64,000 bases of DNA from Marsupella aquatica (lineage: Eukaryota; Plantae; Marchantiophyta). Positions 39,701-51,000 of this stretch are shown here, piece by piece. The number at the start of each line of letters is the position of its first letter. The stretch's first letter is position 1. Both the position numbers and the translations under genes were made by a program. Where the stretch lies: positions 2,235,312-2,299,311 of the forward strand of contig OZ316897.1 in the NCBI GenBank assembly GCA_973895155.1, given 5' to 3'. The notes under the pieces were generated by a model. It made no database searches. It saw only the letters and a list, made by a program, of their open reading frames with translations, and was not told the DNA's origin.

Positions 39701-39873
39701 GTGAACCCGATGTTCGAGAAGTGAAGTTCCACTGCTATGAAGAAGACCTCCGCCAGAGATGGAATAGGAGGAAGGAAAGAAAAGCTTATAGTAAGACGAT
39801 TTCACATCGTATGTATGCCTGTGGAACATCAGATGATTTACAAATTGCCCTCTCTGTTGTTACCAGAGACTAG
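30782..39873 (+). CDS. RAB3GAP1: Rab3 GTPase-activating protein catalytic subunit, 22 coding exons
   Basis: I assembled a continuous GT-AG spliced frame: MDPPST...DTDDE/LDGFDDFTIASSWEK/.../LDAPEATTLLSTVAIALSSCG/SDWPAFVPVHDP.../LWLEFLREVRWCWDECQPLP...DLSACLLHQKLQL/.../PVMTEDML/SDMGAFKAANPGAVLEDFVRWHSPRDW...LLFDYKREGEKVIHYL...HRMYACGTSDDLQIALSVVTRD*. Confidence 0.93.
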
Positions 39874-40152
39874 GTTAGTCTAATTGAAGGACCCTCATTG
39901 CACATAACGTTGTTTGTGGAGTTTTTTCTGTGAATTTGTATCCTGGTTTCTGTTCACTTTCCCGAATGGTGTGGGAACTTGCAAACTTTCACCTCAACTT
40001 GTAGCTAAGAGGCTCAGAAGCGCTTAAAGCCCCCCACTGTCCATGACAAAACCTGGATCCACCAGGTTTCACCATTTTTAGAATCATTTTCCTGTGGAGC
40101 AAAGTCTCACCCTAGAGGAGAGAAATGTGAAAAATCGAAAAGTCTTGGACAC

Positions 40153-40255
40153 TTCTCCTTTTATATGGACAGTGGTGGTTTAAGCGAATACAAGCAATGT
40201 CTATTCTCCTTTTATATGGACAGTAGTGGTTTAAGCGAATACAAGCAATGTCTAT
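40153..40255. repeat. 51-bp tandem duplication downstream of the Rab3GAP stop
   Basis: TTCTCCTTTTATATGGACAGT(G/A)GTGGTTTAAGCGAATACAAGCAATGTCTA x2. Confidence 0.9.
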
Positions 40256-40393
40256 ACCGCTGAGAACAAAAACTTGCAAACGGAGTCCAGTTCGCCAAGC
40301 ATAGAATAGCTCAAGTGGGCTGGCACGTTATGGATTACATTGCTGCATTCAAACAAGGATTTTTGAATCAAAGGAGGCGGTGGAAAAATGGCC

Positions 40394-43300
40394 TGTTAAG
40401 ATATCATAATTAAGTTACTAGGGTTACTTACCTAACGCTAGTTAGGAACCTTGTACCCATTACTCTCATATATAAACACCCCAAGGAGAAGTTGGGGATG
40501 CAGTTGCAGATTGTATCGAACACGTTATCAGCACGCATTGACTCCCCGACATTGAGCAAGGCTGGCTATGGCAAATTGAATCTGAAGAAAATTGAGAAAA
40601 GAGGACAGAACTGAAAACGAAAGAGGCCGACTCAGGCAAAGGCGAATCCGTGAGCGAGCAGAAGCCAGGGTCGCACAGAAAGAAGAATCGAGAAAGACTG
40701 AAAAGGAGAAGCCAACAGAAGCACAAAGGAATCAACACAAGGACAGACCCGATCACAAAGGCTCAAAATCGAAAGCAATCAGACACGCACAAGGGAATAA
40801 ACAGACTGGAGGTCGACCTCGATCTCCCTAGCCAAAAGCTATCGAAAAGGAAGGCGAAAAGAAGCAGCCATTGACTGAGTGATTTGAAATTTCTATAAGG
40901 TTTCAATTACTTTGACAGACAGCAACGTTCGATCAAGAAACAACCTCGAACATTATATCAGGCGAATCAGTTCAAAGAAGATAGAAAATCGAAAAGGAGC
41001 AGAAAGCTGAGAACGAAGATAAGGACATCGCGGATCCATAAGGACGAAAGACGGGGACCTTCCGTGGATGAGGAGGAGCCCACCTGCCACAGTAGTCATG
41101 AGGCGGGGTCAAGATTGTTCGATGGAAGTAAAGGCGCAGATTCTGAGAGAGAACGGTAGAGCAGAGAAAGGCGAAAATTGATAAGAAGAAAATAGATGAG
41201 GACAGGTTCAAAAGAAGTAGAAACGAGAATAAAAGGAAGAATTGATAAGGAACGCAACAGTGATTCAAAAGAAAGGCGCATGCAGCCAAACGAAGACAGC
41301 ATGGGATCAAAAAAGATAATCGAAAATTAAGATCAAAGCAGTAGACGGAGAACAAGGAGAAGAAGAAACTGAACAAAGACAGGCAGCATAGAGACGAACA
41401 CTCACTACAATCAGTGTGCGAACGATGACGAAGAACAGACAGAAAAGACTATCTACTTTTCACGGACGAAGAACAGACAGAAAAGACTATCTACTTTTCA
41501 CTGGGGCAACATGATACTGTAGGCACAATATAGAAACATGAAGTTCACAAAATATTATGAATTTATAGCTCACATGTCACTAGCCTAGAGCCATCAGGAG
41601 TTACTATTGAAGAACTCGAAGATGCTACCCCCGGGAACCCTGCCATCACCCCCAACCACTGAGACAAACTTCGGAACGCCTTCCAGCAGCAGAGGAGGCC
41701 AACGGGGCGGCTTCGTCGCAACGGTAAAGGACTGGCCTTCAGAGGAGGAAGACAGTTCGGAGGCGGAAGATCTACCTACCTTAGGGGGAGAGGCAGAGGC
41801 TGCGGACAAGGAAGACCAAGCTTCACCCACACCCGTGGAGGAACGGGAAGACCAGGAAGACCAGCCCAATGGGGCAGTTCTTCCCGATAGTACTCAGGAA
41901 GACCCGCTATGGAATGCTTTCGATGCGGCACCAAGGGCCACCCACAGAAACTTGCCGCATACCCGCACATCTCGTAGAATTGTACCAATAGAATAGAAAT
42001 AATAGAACTCAGGAGGCATATCATGGCACTTTTCTAGAGCAAGACGAGCATCTAGAAAACTATACCCATGATGAGACCATCCCTGAGACACATATGATTA
42101 CACATCAACAGGATTTATTACCTTTGGACGACATTAGAACGTGCATTGTAGATAGCGACAGGTCCCACACTATATTAAAGTGCAAGGACTATTTCACTCA
42201 CATTAGTACTCCATCCCATAGAAACATGACTACTATCGTGGGGAGCAACCAGATAGAAGAAGGTAACAGACCCACCACAATCATGTTACCTCAGGGCACT
42301 CCTATCTATATTAAATCCGCTATATACGCACCTAATGCCACAAGAAACTTGATTAGTTTCAAGGACATTAGAGATAACGGATTCCATATCCACACTAGCA
42401 CAGATAAAAACCAGGAAGTAATTCATATTTTAAAGAATACTTCCTATGGAATGCAAATAAAAGAAACACTTTTCACGTATCCGTTGGGTTTCTATGTCAC
42501 ACAATTGAATGCTTTTCATTCCACCACGCATGAGATGTCACTATATGACCTTTGGCATACGAGGCTTGGACACCCTGGCATGACCATGTTTCAAAAGATG
42601 AAAATAGTAACCCACAGAATACCACAAAACGCACGCCCAACGAACCATTGATAGTCAGTCTTGCATGGCATGTTCTCAAGGAAAGTTAATCCTTCCGTCT
42701 CCAAGACCATCCATGAAATGCCTAGATTCTTGGAATGAGTGCATGCAGACGTATGTGGCCCTATTGAACCACCAAGCAAACCATTTTGATTTTTCCTAGT
42801 CATTATTGACGCATCCTCGAAATGGTCGCAAGTTTCATTGCTTTCCACACGAAACAAGGTTTTTCCAAGATTTTTAGCACACATCCTCAAGCTAAAAGCC
42901 CAATTCCCCGAAAATCCTATCAAGTCGATTAGGGCTGATAATGCAGGCAAATTCACTTCGTAAACATTCAAAGACTTTTGCATGGCGCGCTATAGGGTTA
43001 GACACTCAATAGGGGTACCTCACGTCCATTACTAAAATGGCATCGCTAAATCTATCATTAAGAGAATACAGATGATACCAAGACCCATGCTTATGCAGAT
43101 GTAGTTACCCACAATTGCCTGAGGTCACGTTGTACTACATACAACAACTTTACTTAAATATCGCCCATCGGCGTACAACGACCAAACTCCACACCACCTA
43201 GCCTTTGGAGTAGATCCTGACTTATCACATGTCAGGACTTTTGTTTGCCAAGTAATAGTCCCCATAATAGGACCCAAACGTACCAAGATGGGACCTCAAA

Positions 43301-46063
43301 GACAAAAAGGCATATATGTTGGTTTTGAGTCACCATCCATAATTAGGTACTTAGAACCATCAACTGCCGATGTCTTTCAAGCGAGGTTCTCTGACTGCCA
43401 TTTTTATGAGAACTTTTTCCCCAAATTGTTTGAAGGGAAACCATAATTTGAACGACCTCGTAACCTAGAATTATGATGGCGGACTCAGTCCACTATTTGG
43501 AATGATCCACGGACACGACAATGCGAAGAAGAAGTCCACAGGATATTGCAATTAACAAAGACTGTGGAGCAAAATAATGCTAGACGCATTTACAGATATT
43601 GCGCAGGTGATCAGATCACACATCCCTATCGCAAATGCTCCCGCACGTCTACAAGAATCCACACAATTGGCCACGGACCAACCACCAAGAGCAAAATGTG
43701 GACGTCCTTTGAGATCTAAAGATACCCAACCAAGGCAAAGAAAAATAACCACAACAATATCACTTGTAATACCAGAAATGATACCTACATCAACATCCTA
43801 TGGAAATCCCCAAAAATAAAGAAATCTCAATTCATTACATGAATACTAGGACTGTCTGGAATAGAAATAATATTCCCATGGACGACAACTTTGCCTACCA
43901 CATTTCCCAAAACATCACGAATACACAACCTGACCCTAAAACGACCAGTGAGGCACAGAAAAGCCTAGATTGGTCAGAATGGGACAAGACAATTAATTCA
44001 GAATTGGATTCACTGACTAAACGCCAAGTGTTTGGACCTATTGTCCCGGCACCACAAGATACCCACTTAACAGATTACAAGTGGACATTCGTGAAAAAGA
44101 GAAACGCCCAATGAAGGCCAAGTTGCAAGATATAAAGCATGCCTTGTCGCAAAAGAATACACACAAATACCTAGGCATGACTTTGATTTGACATACGCAC
44201 TAGTGATAGATGCAATAAGCTATCAATACCTAGTTGGCTTTTCCCTAGGCCATCGACTAATGATGCGTCAGATGGATATCGTAACATTATATTTATATGG
44301 ATTACTGGATACCACCATATACATGAGAGTACCCCAAAATTAATAAGAAACACACATATCATATTGAGGGGGAGCATAAGACAAAGCAAAACCCATCTAC
44401 ATCCACATCTCTACCTTACACCACTAAAAGACCCCAGGAAGGGAAAACGGGGCATGGTGGATCTATAGTCCTTTAGAAACCATGGAGTGGACCTATTGTC
44501 CTTCCTAAGAGTGGACCTATTGTCCCTCCAGTACATAAATCCATGCCTCTGGCCAAGGATGGATATGTTATTCAGATCATGAGATTTTTATATGGACTAA
44601 AGCAAAATGGAAGAATGTGGTATCAGAGGTTTAGAGATGAAATGTTGAATATGGGTTTTACTAATGAAGATATTGCTCCCTGTGTATTCATTATAAAACA
44701 TGATGAAGAATTTTTAATAATCGCCATCTACGTAGATGACATTAACCTATTTGGACACTTAAACCTATTACAACACACCATTAAGATACTAAACCGCGTA
44801 TTTGAAATGAAAGACTTAGACCAAACCCACTAATGTTTGGGCCTACAATTTGAACACCTACTTGATGGTATACTTTTACACCAGAGCACTTACACTACAA
44901 AAATCCTCAAACAATTCAATATGGACAAGGCGCATCCTCTAACTTCTCCTATGGAAGTATGATCTCTAGACAGAGACAAGGATGCATTCAGATTGAGAAA
45001 TGAAAACGAACCACTACTCGGTCCTGAAAAACCCTACTTATCAGCAATAGGAGCACTCCTATTTTTAGCTAACCAAACAAGACCAAACATTTCTTTTGTA
45101 GTAAACCTACTAGCCAGACACAGTGCACAACCTACCATACGTCACTGGAATGACATAAAAAGAATAATGCGTTACCTCCAAGGAACTATTGATATGTGAC
45201 TATATTTTCCTAATAACACTGATAAAACCTTAATAGGCTACGCGGACGCTGGATATCTACCAGACCCAGATGACGCTAAATCATAGACTCTTTACATATT
45301 TTAATATGGTACTATAGTCATTTCTTGGAAAAGCACTAAACAAACACTAACATGCACTTCATCTAACCACGCCGAGATTATTGCATTATATGAAGCTAGC
45401 AGAGAATGTATTTGGCTAAGAAGAGTAACCGACCCTATTAATACAAACTACGGCTTACCGGCACTTACCAAAACTACTACACTATTCAAAGACAATCAAG
45501 CATGTGTTGAACAGGTCTCGAAAGGATTCATCAAAGGAGACCGCATCAAGCATATCGCGCCAAAATTCTTCTTCACCCACGAACAACAAGGAGACACCAT
45601 TCAAGTGAAGACGATTGAGAGCAAAAACAACCATGCAGATTTATTCACAAAAGCCTTGCTTCCAACACTACATACTATTCATTGTCAAGGCATAGGCTTA
45701 CGCAAACTATCAAAACTCAAAGATTAAAAATAATACCTAACTCTAGATAGCCATAAACTCTTGTACTCTTATTTGTAAAGGTGGTTGTACTCTTTCCCTC
45801 GTAGGAGTATGAGAGGGTTTTAACGAGGCAACACCTCCATAAAAACAAAGTACAATATATAAGACTTTTGTTGGAGAACTTAACTAATATAGAGTTGCTT
45901 GCATTACTCTCATAATACAATCAAGGGGGAGTGTTAAGATATCATAGTTAAGTTACTAGGGTTACTTACCTAACCCTAGTTAGGAACCTTGTACCCATGA
46001 TTACTCTCATATATAAACACCCCACGGAGAAGTTGGGGATGCAGTTGCGGATTGTATCAAACA
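40394..46063 (+). mobile_element. Ty1/copia LTR retrotransposon, Bianca lineage, degenerate (LTRs 40394-40522 and 45932-46063)
   Basis: The short LTRs differ by 5 substitutions and one 3-bp indel. PBS CGTTATCAGCACG (40523); PPT AAGGGGGAG (45923-45931). Gag remnant with CFRCGTKGH..CRIPAHLVELYQ, protease CIVDSDRSHTILK, LWHTRLGHPG, integrase HADVCGPI, RT LYGLKQNGRMWY / IAIYVDDINLFG, and RNase H KGFIKGDRIKHIAPKFFFTHE. Many stops and frameshifts. Confidence 0.95.
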
Positions 46064-46417
46064 GTTACTGAATTATTATCTGGTTGGACAAAGATTTATA
46101 TCACCGATCAAACACAAGAGAAACTCCAATCATGAGATGGTCATGGAGCAATTGGTAAACCTGTCGGTCAAGCACATATTTTCGCCAACACTTACAACAG
46201 CAAGAGGTCCATCCAGAACCTTACCTTGCATTCCATTACTACAAGGGGTGCAACTGGGTACTCTCTTCACATGCGGCCCCGACTCCACCAACTCTCACTG
46301 GGCTGGCACGGTATGGATTTCAAATGCAGTGCAGTACTCCCGGCACTACTCCACCCCCATTCCCATTTTCACCCCCACCCCTAATTTGATGATTGCCCCC
46401 TAAGTAGTTGAACACAA

Positions 46418-46766
46418 TGTTAGGATTTACTCTTAAATAGGTCTAGAGTTACGACTGTACCGTAATTAAGGCTAACCTTAGTTGTAAACTTGGTTAGGTT
46501 AGTAATGCTGTGCACACTCTATTTAACCAAGCGGTTTGCTTGGAGTGTGGGAACTCAGGCTCATTGTTACGGAGCTAGTTGAGTGATAGAGAGAGCTTGC
46601 GCTGTGGATGCTTGGTATGGCCTGTCGGCCTAGAGTGCAGTAAAATTCATGTATGTTCATGTGGACGTAGCCTCATGTGGAGGTGAACCATGTATCTCTA
46701 TGTGTCGACTCTTGTGCGTTTGATGGTTCATGGGCTTGCCATTGCAATTGTCGTCTATGCTCAACA
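46418..46766 (+). mobile_element. Solo LTR sharing its 3' part with family A but with a different 5' part
   Basis: TGTTAGG...CTCAACA with TSD CACAA/CAGAA (4/5 match). From ~46549 on it is near-identical to 5731-5948. Confidence 0.85.
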
Positions 46767-46817
46767 CAGAATAGAGATCAAGACAATAAAGAATTCTGGT
46801 TCATTTTTGCCTATCTG

Positions 46818-47080
46818 TAACTTTTCTGTTTTGTCCCTATTGAGAGTTTTGTGTCACTCTACATAGTAGCCCTCAAAAATATCTTTGCATTGTGCTTTAC
46901 TAGTAAGATAACTTTTCTGTTTTGTCCCTATTGAAAGTTTTGCGTCACTCTACATAGTAGCCCTCAAAAATATCTTTGCATTGTGCTTTACTAGTAAGAT
47001 ATTTTCAAACGAGAAGGCTTACACAGTAGCCCTCAAAAGTTATCTTAGAATTGTGCTTTACTAGTAAGATATTTTCAAGG
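46818..47080. repeat. 91-bp tandem repeat (2 full + partial units)
   Basis: TAACTTTTCTGTTTTGTCCCTATTGA...GCTTTACTAGTAAGA at 46818 and 46909, plus a partial third copy. Confidence 0.85.
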
Positions 47081-48077
47081 AGAAGGAGTTACATTTGGTG
47101 TGAAAACTTCAGCTGAGATGTAGCTTGTCCGCCCTTTGGAACATGCGTGTATTTGTAAAGGGCTACACTGACACAATCACGTTATTTCGTTCCCGATTGA
47201 GGATACTTCCAGTGACTCATTCTGTCTTCCAGCATTGACTCCCAATTTTACTTCAAATGTAGGCAAATGTATTTTACGGTCTCCAAAGGCGGTCCTTGGA
47301 AGAATCCTAAACCCTCTGGTGCTTTGATGACAAGTTCATATGATGATGCTCCTGCAAAAATCTCCCTGAGCACTCTATCTGAAAGGTTGTTCAACTACCA
47401 CTCTCCCTGTCAAAACTGGTTATACAATACCAAGTACCAAGTTTCACTAGAATTGACATCATCTTCCTGAAATTGCACCCTCCCTCGCTGGTCGAACCTG
47501 GTAGTACAGGTTTCTCTACGATTAACATCTTTTTCCTGAAATTGCTTAGCAGACATGTGCTGTGGAGACAGAGGTGGGGGATCTTGAACACGTTGCAATG
47601 GTGTCATGAGCCGAACAGGTATTCTTATACTTCGCCAGAAGCTGGTTCTCTTCAGTTGACGGAGCCTCCACATCATGGCCCTCAATTAAAGCGCTACCGA
47701 CTCGTAATTCGCTCGTCCGCTGAGTTTATGTTTGGAGTTTGTCGCGCTTCAAATCCTTACGAGCGTGTCTGAGCTGCCCGTCACCAAGAAAGACGAACCT
47801 CTTTACATTCGTCTAGTAAGACGTCTCTTAAACTGGTATGTCTAGATTTTTTCAAGTGCGTGTATTTACGTAACTTGTGATTTGGTCCGCAGCTCAAATT
47901 CTATTACTCCTTCAAGCTCCTCAAGAAAAATCTTGGGTTTCGAGTTGGGGGCGTACCAGCAGGGGCCCGGGTCATCGGTAGCAGGTCGAGACTGCGAGGA
48001 TCGAATACTTTCTATAGGCATAGGACCCTTCTGCCTCAGTTGCATCGTTACCCACATAGTTTGCAATGACTTCGCTG

Positions 48078-51000
48078 CTACTCATCGTCGTCTTTGGTGG
48101 GATCTTCGAAAGGCAGCGGCACAGCTTTTGTGGCTCGATACTTACCAACGTTGTTCAAATGCTCATTCTCCAGCCTGAACAGACAACGTAACAGCATAAA
48201 TCATCCAGTATATCGAATACACTCCACAAGAATAGGTGTGAGCTTTATGAGCTTCAAAACAGGCGTAGGAATTACTAAGCAATGGGGAGTAATAACTGAA
48301 TTAAGATATGTGACTCAAAAGCGAACCACAGCCTTTCTTACCGGTAGAAATTCCAGTGGCCCCTCCTTACAACTTCCAAAGCACCGAACACAAAATTGGT
48401 GACTAGTTGATTCATTCCCGAAACACGGAACCGCGTCAGAGTCTGTACCCAAGCCATCCTGAGTACGACATTCAGTCCCTGCAGATACCCACATCGATAT
48501 GGCTCAGCAAATTGTGGCACAGGAGAACTACAGAAAAGGAGGGGAACGCCCCAAGATTTCCAAGACTACTGCAGACTGAATCCAGTCATACGACAGCAAA
48601 TAAACATAAAAAAATGAGTATCTCATCCACTTACAAGTTCAAAAACTCACATCTACCTTTTGATATACAGCTGACAGATATAATCCATTCATAGCTTTCA
48701 CGACCGATTAAAAATCCAGAACTTCAAAGAAAAACGTTTTGAATGAGATGCCTTTAAAAAAAATGCACTGCATGCAAATTGAATTCCCTGATAGACATGA
48801 ATGCCTAGACACGACAGAAAAATGTAGGGAAATAACGGAAGTTGAGGTTGAAAGGTAGGCAACTCTCATACCATGGATATAAAGTAAATATATTTCTTCC
48901 TTGGCATGATGAGCTCGTCCCTCAGCCACTTATTTTTGGAGTCTCGTCGGAGGAGTCCCCAATCTACGACAAGGTCCCAGTACAGCTGATAGCATGTTGC
49001 CACTATTGATGACATAATGGCCATGCCAAGCCAGAATTGGGAGCTGTCCTGCTGATACGCTATTCTAACTCCTACCGCCACCAATGCTGAGAAATACTTT
49101 AAACCGTTCCATATATGAGCGGTATCAACCTCGTCGACGTATCGCCTCACACACTGCTTACATCAAAGTAATTCTCACATCAGAGCTTCAATAATTTCCA
49201 TTAATGTTTCAAACAATCGTCTATTAGAGATTGCGACCTTGGAACCTTCTTGATGCTTGAACAGTGTTGCTAAGATCACAAAACATATATCTTCTGCAAA
49301 CTCTCAGCGACCATTATCTTGGCTGCTTTATACGCGCCCAGCATAAAATGAAAATCTGACTAATATAATAGAAAAAATTTGACTAATATCAAGACTTCTC
49401 ATTTGCAGTGAAGGTTCAGGAACGGGGAGAAGAGTTTTCAAACCTGCATCATCCTCCACCAGTAAGGTAACAGTGAAATTAAATACGTGAAGCCGACGTA
49501 AATATTATTCTTGGTGCATTTGTCTGGGCTTCCCGTTACAAAGAAACCTCCCAGATAATAACACATCACATACTCCAAGTTCATCAGCAAGGTCACCTGT
49601 TCATTGGGACAAGTTGCAGCAATGTTAATTGTAAGATTCGATCAACCAACCTTCTCAATATCAAAGCCAAGAGTTCGAGGTCACTCCACCGCTGTGTATG
49701 GCAAATAGTCTTGAGTACCTTACGGAACACGTTCTGGAACTCAAATGAAGTAAATATAAACTCTGCCATATTGTTTCTGAATAATGTGAAAGCTCTAGAC
49801 TAGTTTTCCGTCAGAAACTCAAAGAAAACCACTATTAAGAAAACAGTGTCCATTGAGTTGCCTACCTGGCTTGTGAGCTGATCAGCCAGGAAAAAGTCTG
49901 TCAACACAACCTGCATCAACATTTCAAAACCATCGGCAACGATACGTAAGGGATTGAGCTTGTATAAATCTCCTGACAACATTTTAGGGTCGTGGAAAAT
50001 TCAGGGTTCCATGATGTCTATACAACGCGAGCTCTGTTTATACTGTGTCTGCGCTTTCAGGGGATGATATGAATGGTGTGCAGATCTTACCTTGTATAAA
50101 GGACTGGCCACAACGTGGAGCAGTGCACGCAATAAGAATACTCGACTTGACCGGTAGAAAATGTTAAATGGAAATATGAGCAGAATCAGCAGAATCTGTC
50201 AGCCCAAATTGAAAGCATTTCTTGTCAGCTACGCAGAGGATATTGTCCAATAGTTGACCGTTTATAAGGTCAAATGAGACAGAGCTCGCCACCAAAACGC
50301 TCAATGAAACGGGAAGTCCAGAGAGAAAAATCACCTTCGGATGTCATTAGGATTCCAACAAGACCAAAGTGAAGCAGGGTTGCCAATCAAAAAGTTGCCA
50401 ACGTATCTCAAAACAATACATTAGAGGAAGGCCATGGCCATGTACCGGGCACGAAGAGTGACTTACCAACACAAGACCAAAAGGTATAAGATCGACGTAT
50501 GGCGACAAAGTGATATTGTGCAAAGTCAATTGCCCCACCATTGCCCCAATGAACAGAGTAGTAAGAATCGAGGTAACCATGAGAACTTCACGATGACGAA
50601 GTTCTGTGCCAGGTTTGAACTCAAATATAAATGGATAATTAATTCGCATTATACGCCAAAAGTAAAGATCAGCTCCATACACGTACATCTGTACCATAAT
50701 TAGGCCTATCATGCTGCACCATCAATACGCCACGCCCACCAATTAAGCGTTAGACATCATACCAGTGTCAGGTTTCCAATGATATGATTAGATAGGAAAA
50801 ATGCAGCAAGAATCTCTGTAATTGATCCATAGCTCCTACATCCAAAGCTCCCTGTTTGTAACATTTCTTCACTTTCTCTAGATTGTGTAGCGTCCTACAA
50901 CCCTCTTAAGTTCAACGGATCGATATGCAGGCCAAATAAGGCATGTTGGCTTATTTGGCCTTCTACCGACGCCTTACAACGGGCCTGTTCTCTAACTTTC

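Noticed and set aside
41607-41996. Acidic 129-aa ORF inside the copia element, considered as an extra gene
   Set aside because: It is an alternative frame of the RG-rich gag C-terminus; the other frame gives the CFRCGTKGH zinc knuckle.
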